Counted from the first letter of the stretch, positions 19,093 through 27,016 are shown. The stretch is DNA of 54,089 bases from a virus (IMGVR_UViG_3300025141_000127:1-54089), one strand, 5' to 3'. A program made the numbers and translations. The notes: a model not told the origin generated them from the sequence alone.

Positions 19093-19415
19093 GATCTCCC
19101 ACCCTCAATGATGTGGGCCATCGGCTCATCGAACCCTTCTTGGTTAGTGTTGAGGTCGCCGTCACAGGTCTGACGGGCAGCGTCATTCAACATCTTGATG
19201 ATGCCGGCTCGGGTCAAGTCCTCGTCGGGCACCTCGTACTCGCACAGGTAGTGGCCCACCTCGGTCCCCTCGGGGTCAGCCCCACACGCGAGGCCCTCCA
19301 TGAACTTCATGGCCGGGTCACTGAACTCAAAGAAGCGGATGCGCGGACCCCTCGGCCCCCACTCGCCACGGTCCTCATCTTCCTGCTTGTCCCAAGTTAC
19401 TGTATAGAACTTCAT
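19089..19415 (-). CDS. Hypothetical protein
   Basis: GGGAG RBS; acidic 108-aa ORF; ATGA overlap. Confidence 0.6.
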   Translation of the reverse strand: MKFYTVTWDKQEDEDRGEWGPRGPRIRFFEFSDPAMKFMEGLACGADPEGTEVGHYLCEYEVPDEDLTRAGIIKMLNDAARQTCDGDLNTNQEGFDEPMAHIIEGGRS

Positions 19416-19460
19416 TCTTTCTCCCAAAACTACTGTGTGTGTGCAATGTCTCTTGCCATG

Positions 19461-19742
19461 TTAATCTCCCTCATGGAATCTAAGCGTGCCGTCCTGACGT
19501 TTGCTTGCCTCTACATCCTCTCGTATGTCGTGATCAGCGGGGGGCTCGGCACGTACTGGGCGGGGCTTGCGCTCGGCTGGTGGTGAGACCTTAGCAAGTT
19601 CCCTGCGCCACACCCGGAGGAAGCGGCGACCATGCCTGCAATCGCAGGCCACGATCTTCCGCTCGTCTCCGTGACGCCACGCCAAGACGGACAGGTAGCC
19701 CGCGTCCAAACAATCAGGACACTTCTTCAGCTTACGAGGCAT
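19461..19742 (-). CDS. Zinc-finger protein
   Basis: CPDCLDAGY...ACDCRHG. Confidence 0.55.
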   Translation of the reverse strand: MPRKLKKCPDCLDAGYLSVLAWRHGDERKIVACDCRHGRRFLRVWRRELAKVSPPAERKPRPVRAEPPADHDIREDVEASKRQDGTLRFHEGD

Positions 19743-19917
19743 CGCCGCCACCAAAACCAAAGTAAGGGTCGTGTGTGTTTCCACCCGGCGGGCACAGGTA
19801 TACCTTCGTAATAGTAAGTGGTAGATCTAGGTCGCTAGCGTCACAAGCCTCCTGCATAATCTCTAAGAACCATGCGTAGTCATCTTCATTTGCAAATGTA
19901 ACTCTCGCTTCAATCAT
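19732..19917 (-). CDS. Hypothetical protein
   Basis: AAGGAGG RBS; overlaps neighbours. Confidence 0.5.
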   Translation of the reverse strand: MIEARVTFANEDDYAWFLEIMQEACDASDLDLPLTITKVYLCPPGGNTHDPYFGFGGGDAS

Positions 19918-20167
19918 CACTTCCCTCCTTACTGTACCCATCCTTGTACCAGCCACCGCCCTTCAGAACGAACGAGCCGCCGGACACCATCTTCGTCGAG
20001 TCCTTGTACCCACAGTTGGGGCACGTCTGCTTGTCCCTGCAACCCATCGAGACGAACACCTCGAAGACATCGCCGCAACCGTCGCACTTGTACTCATAGA
20101 TAGGCACTGACTTCCTCCTGCTGCGAGGCTGGAACTGGTTGATGTACTCTTCGTCATGTGCTCCCAT
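19910..20167 (-). CDS. FmdB-family zinc-ribbon protein (may start at GTG 20107)
   Basis: PIYEYKCDGCG..FE...CPNCG...SFVLKGGGWYKDGY. Confidence 0.8.
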   Translation of the reverse strand: MGAHDEEYINQFQPRSRRKSVPIYEYKCDGCGDVFEVFVSMGCRDKQTCPNCGYKDSTKMVSGGSFVLKGGGWYKDGYSKEGSDD

Positions 20168-20185
20168 GTTGACCTCCCTAAAGGT

Positions 20186-20203
20186 GGCCCCCCGAAGGGG
20201 GCC
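20186..20203 (-). terminator. GC-rich UUCG hairpin after DUF932 gene (terminator or 3' stabiliser)
   Basis: GGCCCCC-UUCG-GGGGGCC followed by ACCUUU. Confidence 0.55.
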
Positions 20204-20210
20204 TCAAGTC

Positions 20211-21182
20211 CTACGCAGTGAGCAGTGCCATCGCGCGCTCGTTCAACTTGGCGGCAGGGCCTTCAACTGAACCGAGGAAGAGCTTCTCTTCACGGTCACC
20301 ACCCCGCGTTGGGATGTGGTGTGTGCTGTACTCGGTGACTGCATTGAGCGCCTGCCACTTCGAGCCACGTCCAGAGTGGGCACCGCGCCCGTGCTCGTAC
20401 AAGTCGAAGAGCAACTCGCGACGGTTCTCTGCCAACGTGTAGCCACGGGTAGGCTCGCCCTCCAGAGGAACCTCGGGCAGTGGAAGCAGGTTGTCCATGA
20501 AGTCGGCGAAGTCCATCGCGCTGAAGGGAGTATCCGCGAGGGTCTTCATGATCGCCTTCTGCGTCATGATCATCCGCTCACAGTTGCGGAAGAGATCCTC
20601 CGCCATACGCAAACGCTCCGGCGCGCTGCGCGTGTGGCGGATGCTGGTATGGGGCAGGCCCATGCGCTTGACCATCTGCCTTGTTGCGACCAGTTGGTTC
20701 GTGCAGTAGCCACGGCCAAGGGCCACGAACACCTCGGTGGAGGAGCTACTGTCGTGCGAACCTCGGGTCCAAACGTATGGGGTGACGAGGTCGCCGTCCC
20801 CGGTCACGTCGAACTGGTAGTCCGTCAACTCCACACTGACGAAGAGCCTGCGCCCGTTGAACTCGATGGCCCTGTCAAGGGAGAAGCCCTCCTGTAGCAG
20901 GTGGTCAATCACTCCGAACATCTCGCCGAAGCCGATGGGTGTGTAGCGGTCGGTGACGTTCTCACCAACGATGCGGCCACGACTGTCCATCAGGTTGTAC
21001 TTGCCGGGGATCACCCGCACGCCACCGTCGGGTAGGATGGAAGCCATCGGCACCTTGACGGGCGCGTCGAATGGGATGTCGGCAGACAGGAGAGCCTGCA
21101 CGATATTCTCGGACTCGGTTGGAACCTTGAAGCCGAGGGTGGTGGCGGGGGCCTGATGATCATATTCAATATCGTCAAACAT
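20211..21182 (-). CDS. DUF932-family phage/plasmid protein
   Basis: SHDSSSS, RGYCTNQL, IRHT, WQALNAVTEYSTH motifs. Confidence 0.85.
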   Translation of the reverse strand: MFDDIEYDHQAPATTLGFKVPTESENIVQALLSADIPFDAPVKVPMASILPDGGVRVIPGKYNLMDSRGRIVGENVTDRYTPIGFGEMFGVIDHLLQEGFSLDRAIEFNGRRLFVSVELTDYQFDVTGDGDLVTPYVWTRGSHDSSSSTEVFVALGRGYCTNQLVATRQMVKRMGLPHTSIRHTRSAPERLRMAEDLFRNCERMIMTQKAIMKTLADTPFSAMDFADFMDNLLPLPEVPLEGEPTRGYTLAENRRELLFDLYEHGRGAHSGRGSKWQALNAVTEYSTHHIPTRGGDREEKLFLGSVEGPAAKLNERAMALLTA

Positions 21183-21286
21183 ATTGTCCTCTCAAGTATG
21201 GTTGGGAACTGTTGTGGCCGTTCCCTTCGCCATCATGACCCCTGTATTTAGGGGTGCGTAGATACGCAACAAAGTTTCTCGTTTTC

Positions 21287-21394
21287 TTATCGTCCCCCTT
21301 CGTCCTGCGCTTGCATCAAAAACACCGTGCCCATACCTCCGAGGTAGAAGGAGGCGAGCAACACGATGAACTCCAGCCCGGTGATCTCGGTCAT
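21287..21394 (-). CDS. Small membrane peptide (35 aa)
   Basis: GGAGGTG RBS plus ATGA overlap; MTEITGLEFIVLLASFYLGGMGTVFL. Confidence 0.5.
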   Translation of the reverse strand: MTEITGLEFIVLLASFYLGGMGTVFLMQAQDEGGR

Positions 21395-21573
21395 GCCGTC
21401 ACCTCCTTCGTGCTCTCGATGGCGTCGGTGGTCAGCATGTCATGCAGCACACTGTGCGCGTGGTCCAGAACCTTCTCCACTTCAGCGGGGTTGACATCGG
21501 GGAGCGCCTCGCACACTTCGTACAACATGCGGCTGATGCTCTCTAGTTTTTCACTCTGTTTTTCACTTAACAT
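21391..21573 (-). CDS. Hypothetical protein (60 aa)
   Basis: AAGGAGG RBS before ATG 21573. Confidence 0.55.
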   Translation of the reverse strand: MLSEKQSEKLESISRMLYEVCEALPDVNPAEVEKVLDHAHSVLHDMLTTDAIESTKEVTA

Positions 21574-21583
21574 TGCGTCCTCC

Positions 21584-22225
21584 TTAGAACGGCAGGTCGT
21601 CGTCATCATGGACAACGGCGACGGGGGTTGGGGTTGGGGTTGGGGTTGGCTCGGCTGGCTCCGGCTGGTCGTGCGCGTAGTCAAAGTAGAAGTAGGCATG
21701 TCCGTCAACCAGACGAGCGTGAACCTCGTAGCGCACGCTGCCCCTCGGCATCTCCTCGGAGAACCACAGTGAGGCAGACACCTCTTGAGGCGCGGACACG
21801 ATGAGCACTCGAAGCTGGTCCTCCTCACACAACTCACCGAGCCCAGTGTTTGGCTCGCAGGGGTCGGACAGGTTCTGCCAGTCGGCGACCACCTCAACAT
21901 CAAAGTCGGCGCTGACGAGCACGCGGCTCACCGTACCGTGGAATTGTTGGGCGATCGTCTTCTCGTACTCGACACACAGATCAAGAGAGACGCGAACCTC
22001 AACGTCGTCGCTGTACTCGTTGCCGGCCTCGGTCTCTTCGCGCTCGTCCTTGATGACGTACACCCGAGCAATGTCCTTGCCGGGGCGCGCACCATTGCGA
22101 TCAAGAGATGCGTCGTGCTTGCCGTGAAGCAAGTCGTGCAGGAACTTGGATGCCTGCGGGGTCATGTCCCACCCGCTCTCGCGGGTGAGGTTGGTGCCCT
22201 TGTCGTCGTAGCGTGAGTCTTCCAT
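21584..22225 (-). CDS. Hypothetical acidic protein with PT linker and DDDDLPF tail
   Basis: AAGGAGG RBS before ATG 22225; 213 aa. Confidence 0.65.
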   Translation of the reverse strand: MEDSRYDDKGTNLTRESGWDMTPQASKFLHDLLHGKHDASLDRNGARPGKDIARVYVIKDEREETEAGNEYSDDVEVRVSLDLCVEYEKTIAQQFHGTVSRVLVSADFDVEVVADWQNLSDPCEPNTGLGELCEEDQLRVLIVSAPQEVSASLWFSEEMPRGSVRYEVHARLVDGHAYFYFDYAHDQPEPAEPTPTPTPTPVAVVHDDDDLPF

Positions 22226-22235
22226 GTCGTCCTCC

Positions 22236-22490
22236 TTAGAACGGGGAGTGGGGTTCAGGTTCATCATCGAGGGTCGGGTTCATGTCCGGCGGAACGACCG
22301 GAGTCTGTGGCACAATGGGCTCCAACGCATCCGCGCTGCCGCACTCCAGCTTGTCAGCATAGGCGCGGGCCTTAACGACGAAGCGCTCCATCGCATTCGC
22401 GCAGGCCCTCCAGTCGTCTGCGTGGTTGATCGTGTCCATGTCTACCTCGGGGGTAGGGTGGTCGTAGGCTTCGGCGAGAGTGAGTTTCAT
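22236..22490 (-). CDS. Hypothetical protein with acidic tail ending PF
   Basis: GGAGGACAC RBS; 84 aa. Confidence 0.6.
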   Translation of the reverse strand: MKLTLAEAYDHPTPEVDMDTINHADDWRACANAMERFVVKARAYADKLECGSADALEPIVPQTPVVPPDMNPTLDDEPEPHSPF

Positions 22491-22581
22491 GTCGTGTCCT
22501 CCAAGCAGGTGGTTTGTTCCTGCATCTGTCTAGTAATTGGTTGCGCCCCCCAAGTGGGGGGCAGGTTTGTCAAGAGAATGT

Positions 22582-22710
22582 CTAGGCCCCCATGTCGTAG
22601 ACGTGGTAGCGTCCGTCGAGTTCTTTCTCGATGCGAAGGTTGCTGTGGTGGTAGGCGTCGCAGAAGTCGATAGCCGGCCAGAGGTAGAGGAACTGGGCGA
22701 TGCTTTTCAT
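22582..22710 (-). CDS. Hypothetical protein (42 aa)
   Basis: ATGA coupling through GGGGTGCGGCATGA junction. Confidence 0.5.
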   Translation of the reverse strand: MKSIAQFLYLWPAIDFCDAYHHSNLRIEKELDGRYHVYDMGA

Positions 22711-23045
22711 GCCGCACCCCCTTCGAGTGCAGCCTTGACGAGGTGGTACGCTTCGGCGCTGTTGCCCCCGACGTTCCACGTCGTGACCTGAAAGCGGTTC
22801 ATGCCGCCGGGGCCGCAGTAGTTGGGACCGTTCTTCCAGTTGTACACCGTAGCCACGGTGCCGCAGGGGAACTCAATGTTCCATGACCAGTCCACCTGAT
22901 CGGGGCCCTCCACCCAGATGTGCTTGCCGAAGGCGAGGTACAGTTGGTTGTAGGTGATGTCGGTCAGGGTGCCCTGCTTGTAGGTGCCGTGGATGCAGAT
23001 GCCTTCGTCCTCGTTGTGCGTGAGGTAGGCTCGGTTCTTCGTCAT
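22707..23045 (-). CDS. Conserved-looking phage hypothetical protein (112 aa)
   Basis: AGGAGGACAC RBS; QG...TYNQL..AFG...W...ATVYNWK...WNVGG. Confidence 0.65.
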   Translation of the reverse strand: MTKNRAYLTHNEDEGICIHGTYKQGTLTDITYNQLYLAFGKHIWVEGPDQVDWSWNIEFPCGTVATVYNWKNGPNYCGPGGMNRFQVTTWNVGGNSAEAYHLVKAALEGGAA

Positions 23046-23122
23046 GGTGTGTCCTCCTGCCGGGTGGTTTGGTGCCGGCTCACCGTGGTTAACTGACTCA
23101 AGATGTAGGGGCAACAATATGA

Positions 23123-23269
23123 TCACAGCCACCGCTTCTGGCGGCAGGCTCGTCGGTCGGCCTCCTTCTTCTTGTCGGTGTGGTACCCCGCCTTGGCGGA
23201 GCGTGACTTCATGGCCTGCACGACGGCGTTGCGTCGCTTCGGTGGGGCCTGTCGTTTGCGCCTGCTCAT
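23123..23269 (-). CDS. Small basic protein (48 aa)
   Basis: MSRRKR...RNAVVQAM..RSAKAGYHTDKKK; ATGA coupling. Confidence 0.55.
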   Translation of the reverse strand: MSRRKRQAPPKRRNAVVQAMKSRSAKAGYHTDKKKEADRRACRQKRWL

Positions 23270-23364
23270 GCTGCACCTCCGAGTTGTGAATAGAAGTACA
23301 TTGTAACTGCCCAGCAGACGATCGCGAGGAGCCACGCGGCAACCTCGTAGCGTAGGTCTCTCAT
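23266..23364 (-). CDS. Small membrane peptide (32 aa)
   Basis: Hydrophobic AAWLLAIVCWAVTMYFY; GGAA junctions at both ends. Confidence 0.55.
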   Translation of the reverse strand: MRDLRYEVAAWLLAIVCWAVTMYFYSQLGGAA

Positions 23365-23483
23365 GCTGCACCCCCTTCGAGCAGCAGGCTCACAGTGAGC
23401 ACGGTCAGGGTCACCAGCCACGGGGTGCCGAAGATGAAGACGAAGGCGGCGACGGTCTCGTCGCTGAAGTAGGGGTCTCTCAT
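23361..23483 (-). CDS. Small membrane peptide (40 aa)
   Basis: Hydrophobic VAAFVFIFGTPWLVTLTVLTVSLLL; GGAA junctions. Confidence 0.55.
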   Translation of the reverse strand: MRDPYFSDETVAAFVFIFGTPWLVTLTVLTVSLLLEGGAA

Positions 23484-24088
23484 GCCGCACCTCCAAGCTG
23501 CAAGAACTGCGAGAGGTGGAGCGCCGCCGCGTGGTAGGACCGGCTCGTGTTCAGCGAGACCTGCTGTAGCCGCCGCAGGATCTCCTCCGCCTCGTCCATG
23601 TCTCCTCGGTTGCGGAAGTCCACGATGTCCTGCGCCAGCTTGCGGACGGTGGTCTGCACCGTACCCCTCGCGCACAACCACCAGAACTCCCGGTCATAGG
23701 TACGCTCGCGCTGAAGCTGGCCCTCCCTCACGGTTGCCCGGAACCACTTGTTGTCCACGTCATCTATGCCACGCTCCCGAAGGTCAAGCAGGACCGCCCA
23801 CTGGGAGAGACACCACGCAACAGCATCCCTGTCCTCTCGGTTGTAGTCCCGAACTACGAACACCATCCTTTCGTCCTCGACGTAGGCCAAGGGATGCCCC
23901 TCGTCCCCGTGAGTGGGGTGCTCGTAGATGCGCACGCCGTAGCGGGAGTAGAGCAGGGTGGAGTTCAGCCTAAGCTCGTCTCCACTCCACTTTGTGGTGG
24001 GCAGATCCCAGAAGTCGCAGAAGTAGCGGCCGTCCGCAAGGGAGGGGTACAGGTACGGGACGTAGGTTGTGTTTGTGTCGCGGTTCAT
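23480..24088 (-). CDS. Hypothetical early protein (202 aa)
   Basis: GGAGGTG RBS plus ATGA; contains YEHPTHGDE. Confidence 0.65.
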   Translation of the reverse strand: MNRDTNTTYVPYLYPSLADGRYFCDFWDLPTTKWSGDELRLNSTLLYSRYGVRIYEHPTHGDEGHPLAYVEDERMVFVVRDYNREDRDAVAWCLSQWAVLLDLRERGIDDVDNKWFRATVREGQLQRERTYDREFWWLCARGTVQTTVRKLAQDIVDFRNRGDMDEAEEILRRLQQVSLNTSRSYHAAALHLSQFLQLGGAA

Positions 24089-24780
24089 GCTGCACCTCCC
24101 TGCGCGCTGCGCACAGGCTCGGCGATGACCCTGCCCACGGTGACGACATCGCCCTGCTCCAACGCAGCGATGTACGCGAAGCGGGAGAGGTTGCACCGGC
24201 AGTCGTCCTCGCTGGCGGCGATGTAGCTTGAGCCCTCATACCGATTGTGGATGCGCACGACGGCGGCGCCCTTCGTGATGGGCAGGAAGGACACGCGCCC
24301 AACCATGCCCCCATCCGTGTCAGCCATGCTGGGGCGAAGGCCGGAAGAGAGAGCCTGCTGCACGCAGGTCCAGACCTCGTCGGTCATGTCGGAGCAGTGC
24401 TTGCGGAAGTGGCCTCGGTTGCTGGTGACGATGGTGTGCGGGGTGGGTCCGCAGGTGGCGGGGTAGGTGATCGCCACCTCATGGTCAGCGTAGTCGAAGG
24501 CCTCTTCGATCACCGCGCCCGTGGCGTGGGCGATGGTAGGTCCGACCTCCTCAAGTGCTGCCCGGTACATCGCCTCCTTCGGGGCGGCCTCGTCCACCTC
24601 CTCGGTGGTGAGCGCACCGTACAGGTCGTCCATCGTGGCAGGGGAGCGGGGATCGTGACCGTAGGTGAAGAGCAGGTCACGCAGACCCTCGGTCAGGTGG
24701 ACGTTCACGTCGTCGTGGATGCGTTGGGCGCACGCGCCCTCGGCGAAGTCAAGTTCAATGGTGAAGCGGATTTTTTTCAT
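24085..24780 (-). CDS. Hypothetical early protein (231 aa)
   Basis: GAGAGGACAC RBS. Confidence 0.65.
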   Translation of the reverse strand: MKKIRFTIELDFAEGACAQRIHDDVNVHLTEGLRDLLFTYGHDPRSPATMDDLYGALTTEEVDEAAPKEAMYRAALEEVGPTIAHATGAVIEEAFDYADHEVAITYPATCGPTPHTIVTSNRGHFRKHCSDMTDEVWTCVQQALSSGLRPSMADTDGGMVGRVSFLPITKGAAVVRIHNRYEGSSYIAASEDDCRCNLSRFAYIAALEQGDVVTVGRVIAEPVRSAQGGAA

Positions 24781-24815
24781 GGTGTCCTCTCGAATGAATG
24801 GTGGGTGGGTGGTGA

Positions 24816-25190
24816 TCAGATGTTGTTTGCGTATGCGTAACGGGCCTCGCGCTCATCTTCCTCAAGCTTCTTGACGCGCTCCTCGATGAGGTGGGCGATG
24901 TACGCGGCCTTCACCTCGGACGCACCGCGCAGGGGACCGTGGTTAGCAGAAGGGCCGGAGGTGCGGAAGTAGTGGAGAGCGTTGCGGTCACCGTCGTAGA
25001 CCATGTGCGATGTTCCATCGCTCGTAATCTTGAGCCCCTTCGGGATCTCGATGTCGAGCAGGGTAGCAAGGGCGCGAAGTTTCCTGACGCCCTCGGCCTC
25101 TCCGCCCGCCAGCGTGAAGACTGCGGTCTCGATGTCGAAGGTCATGGTGATGCCGGGCTCGGATGCGTGCTGGGTGAATGCGATGTTCAT
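24816..25190 (-). CDS. Hypothetical early protein (124 aa)
   Basis: GAGAGGACAAC RBS just downstream of hammerhead D. Confidence 0.65.
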   Translation of the reverse strand: MNIAFTQHASEPGITMTFDIETAVFTLAGGEAEGVRKLRALATLLDIEIPKGLKITSDGTSHMVYDGDRNALHYFRTSGPSANHGPLRGASEVKAAYIAHLIEERVKKLEEDEREARYAYANNI

Positions 25191-25219
25191 GTTGTCCTCT
25201 CGAATGGTTGATGGCTGAC

Positions 25220-25275
25220 GGGGTTTCGGCCCTCTGTGGGCCATCGTCAGGAGCGCAGATGCAGCGCCCGACCCC
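25220..25275 (-). ncRNA. Type III hammerhead ribozyme D (extra U after A9)
   Basis: GGGGUC^GGGCGC-UGCAUCU-GCGCUC CUGACGA U GGCCC-ACAGA-GGGCC GAAACCCC; predicted cut 25270/25269. Confidence 0.88.
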
Positions 25276-25287
25276 GAAGGGTGGGCG

Positions 25288-26055
25288 TCAGCCCTGCACC
25301 TCCCACTCGACGAGCGCGTCACCGATGGCGTCGGACATGTCCACGATGAGGGAGCGCTCCACGGCGTAGGCGTGACCCCTGTCGGTGGCGTTGGAGCCGT
25401 GCTCATGGAGGGCGCTGAAGTATCCCTTCAGCATGTCGTGTGAGGCCCAGTGGAAGGCGCTCCATTGCAGGGCGGACATGTCCTCACCGTACCCGAGATA
25501 CCTTTCGACGATCTCGCCAACGGAGTGACTGTCACTATTCCTCCACGTCCGCTCGAAACCCCAGCCGCCGTCCTTGAGTTGGCGCTCGACAGTGAAGGTC
25601 CGACGAACGCAGATGTGCGAGCGAGCATCGCCGTCGAAGGACGTGATGGTGGCCACGACATCCACCTTGATGCGACGCACGACGCCCTCGAAGTCGGTGT
25701 TCTCGTAGGTGGCGGTGGGCATGGTCGCCGTCAGGTCGTGCTCGATCCCGCGCGATGGGCGGGAGTGGATGTGACGCGCTTCGCCGGCGCGGCGAACGCA
25801 CCAAGCGGTGAACTCCTCGGAGAAGAGAGGCGCGACAGGCGTGACGGTGACGCCGCAGGCATAGCCGCCGCCGCCGATGGTGACGCTCTCGCCTGTGGCC
25901 TTGGCCGCTGCCGTCGCAGCCATGATGAGGGCTAGCGTCACATCGTTCACGACCTCCTCGTCGTAGCTCGAACGCTTGATGTCGTCCCCGTCCATGCGGG
26001 TCGTGAGGGGGCCGGTGTCGCCGGTGTTGATGGTGATGTCGAATGTCGGTGTCAT
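25288..26055 (-). CDS. Hypothetical early protein (255 aa)
   Basis: GAGAGGACAAC RBS before ATG 26055. Confidence 0.65.
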   Translation of the reverse strand: MTPTFDITINTGDTGPLTTRMDGDDIKRSSYDEEVVNDVTLALIMAATAAAKATGESVTIGGGGYACGVTVTPVAPLFSEEFTAWCVRRAGEARHIHSRPSRGIEHDLTATMPTATYENTDFEGVVRRIKVDVVATITSFDGDARSHICVRRTFTVERQLKDGGWGFERTWRNSDSHSVGEIVERYLGYGEDMSALQWSAFHWASHDMLKGYFSALHEHGSNATDRGHAYAVERSLIVDMSDAIGDALVEWEVQG

Positions 26056-26080
26056 GTTGTCCTCTCTGGTTGTGACTGAC

Positions 26081-26135
26081 GGGGTTTCGGCTCTCCATGA
26101 GCCATCGTCAGGCGGGCGGTACAGCCCACGACCCC
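26081..26135 (-). ncRNA. Type III hammerhead ribozyme C (extra U after A9)
   Basis: GGGGUC^GUGGGC-UGUACC-GCCCGC CUGACGA U GGCUC-AUGGA-GAGCC GAAACCCC; predicted cut 26130/26129. Confidence 0.9.
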
Positions 26136-26159
26136 TGCCCCCCGAAGGGGGCTCGGTGA

Positions 26160-26639
26160 TCAGCCCTTCACCTCCTTCACGATGCGGACCTTGAGGTTCG
26201 ACACGCACTTGGCGAGACCCCATCCAGTCGGGCTCCTGCTTTCGTCAGGGAGATCCTTCCAGACCTTGAGCCCGGTCATGAAGTCGTCCTTGTCGTAGCC
26301 AGAGCCGGCGGTGACGAGACCGAAGAGCACGGTGGCAATGACGGTAAGCTCGCGGTCCTTCGCCAGCACCCGCTCGGTGGTGGGGTACTTCGGATGGGCC
26401 TCGGCCTCGGCCACCGAGAGTCGAGGGTGCTTCTTGTCGAACTTCTTCATCCGGCTGTAGGCGTCCCTCTCGGCAGCGTAGGCGGCGAGGGCATACCGAT
26501 GGAGGATCCGAAGTCCGGCGTCGCCGTGGCAGGCGGTGTGAAAGCCAACCGTGAAGCACTGGGTCGCGAGGCGGTGCATGGTCTCGGCCTCGGCTGCGGT
26601 CATGTTGATGGTGATGGTCTTGTTGGTGGTCGGTGTCAT
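26160..26639 (-). CDS. Hypothetical early protein (159 aa)
   Basis: GAGAGGACGAC RBS before ATG 26639. Confidence 0.65.
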   Translation of the reverse strand: MTPTTNKTITINMTAAEAETMHRLATQCFTVGFHTACHGDAGLRILHRYALAAYAAERDAYSRMKKFDKKHPRLSVAEAEAHPKYPTTERVLAKDRELTVIATVLFGLVTAGSGYDKDDFMTGLKVWKDLPDESRSPTGWGLAKCVSNLKVRIVKEVKG

Positions 26640-26661
26640 GTCGTCCTCTCGTTGGTTGGTT

Positions 26662-26708
26662 CCGTTTCGGCCTTGCTTGGCCTCATCAGCGGGGCTTCCC
26701 CCGGACGG
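26662..26708 (-). ncRNA. Type III hammerhead ribozyme B
   Basis: CCGUC^CGGGG-GAAG-CCCCG CUGAUGA GGCC-AAGCAA-GGCC GAAACGG; predicted cut 26704/26703. Confidence 0.93.
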
Positions 26709-26730
26709 TGCCCCCGAAGGGGCGTGGCGG

Positions 26731-26949
26731 CTAGTAGCCCTCCTCGGATGTGACCTTGTCGAACCAGCGTTCGCAGAGGCGTGCGGTGTCGAGGTCGCCA
26801 TCTGACCTCGCGTTAAACCCGAGCAGGTCGAGCATGGTGCAGCCGGGGCACCCGAAGGCCTCCTCGATGTGATCTTCCTTGTACTGGCGCAGCTTGCTGA
26901 TGACCCATTCTGCCGTCCGTCGTGTCTCTGTCTTGTATGTCCGTTTCAT
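26731..26949 (-). CDS. Hypothetical early protein (72 aa)
   Basis: GAGAGGACGAC RBS; CPGC motif. Confidence 0.65.
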   Translation of the reverse strand: MKRTYKTETRRTAEWVISKLRQYKEDHIEEAFGCPGCTMLDLLGFNARSDGDLDTARLCERWFDKVTSEEGY

Positions 26950-26967
26950 GTCGTCCTCTCGTTGGTT

Positions 26968-27016
26968 GCTGTTTCGCCCTTCATCGGGCTCGTCAGGTGG
27001 GCTTCCCCACGACAGC
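26968..27016 (-). ncRNA. Type III hammerhead ribozyme A
   Basis: GCUGUC^GUGGG-GAAG-CCCAC CUGACGA GCCC-GAUGAA-GGGC GAAACAGC; predicted cut 27011/27010. Confidence 0.94.

Noticed and set aside
20186-20203. Possible fifth ribozyme cassette
   Set aside because: UUCG hairpin is present but no CUGANGA or GAAA core follows
21183-21286. Hammerhead-like GGGGUC-AUGAUGG-CGAA segment
   Set aside because: Lacks CUGANGA and stems I and II; only simple hairpins
21624-21648. (GGGGTT)4 telomere-like or G-quadruplex repeat
   Set aside because: Encodes the PTPTPTPT linker of the - strand gene; coding explanation is sufficient
25191-26801. Long N-terminal extensions of ORFs 24816, 25288 and 26160 in the ORF track
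   Set aside because: They run through ribozyme cassettes; strong GAGAGGAC RBSs mark starts at 25190, 26055 and 26639
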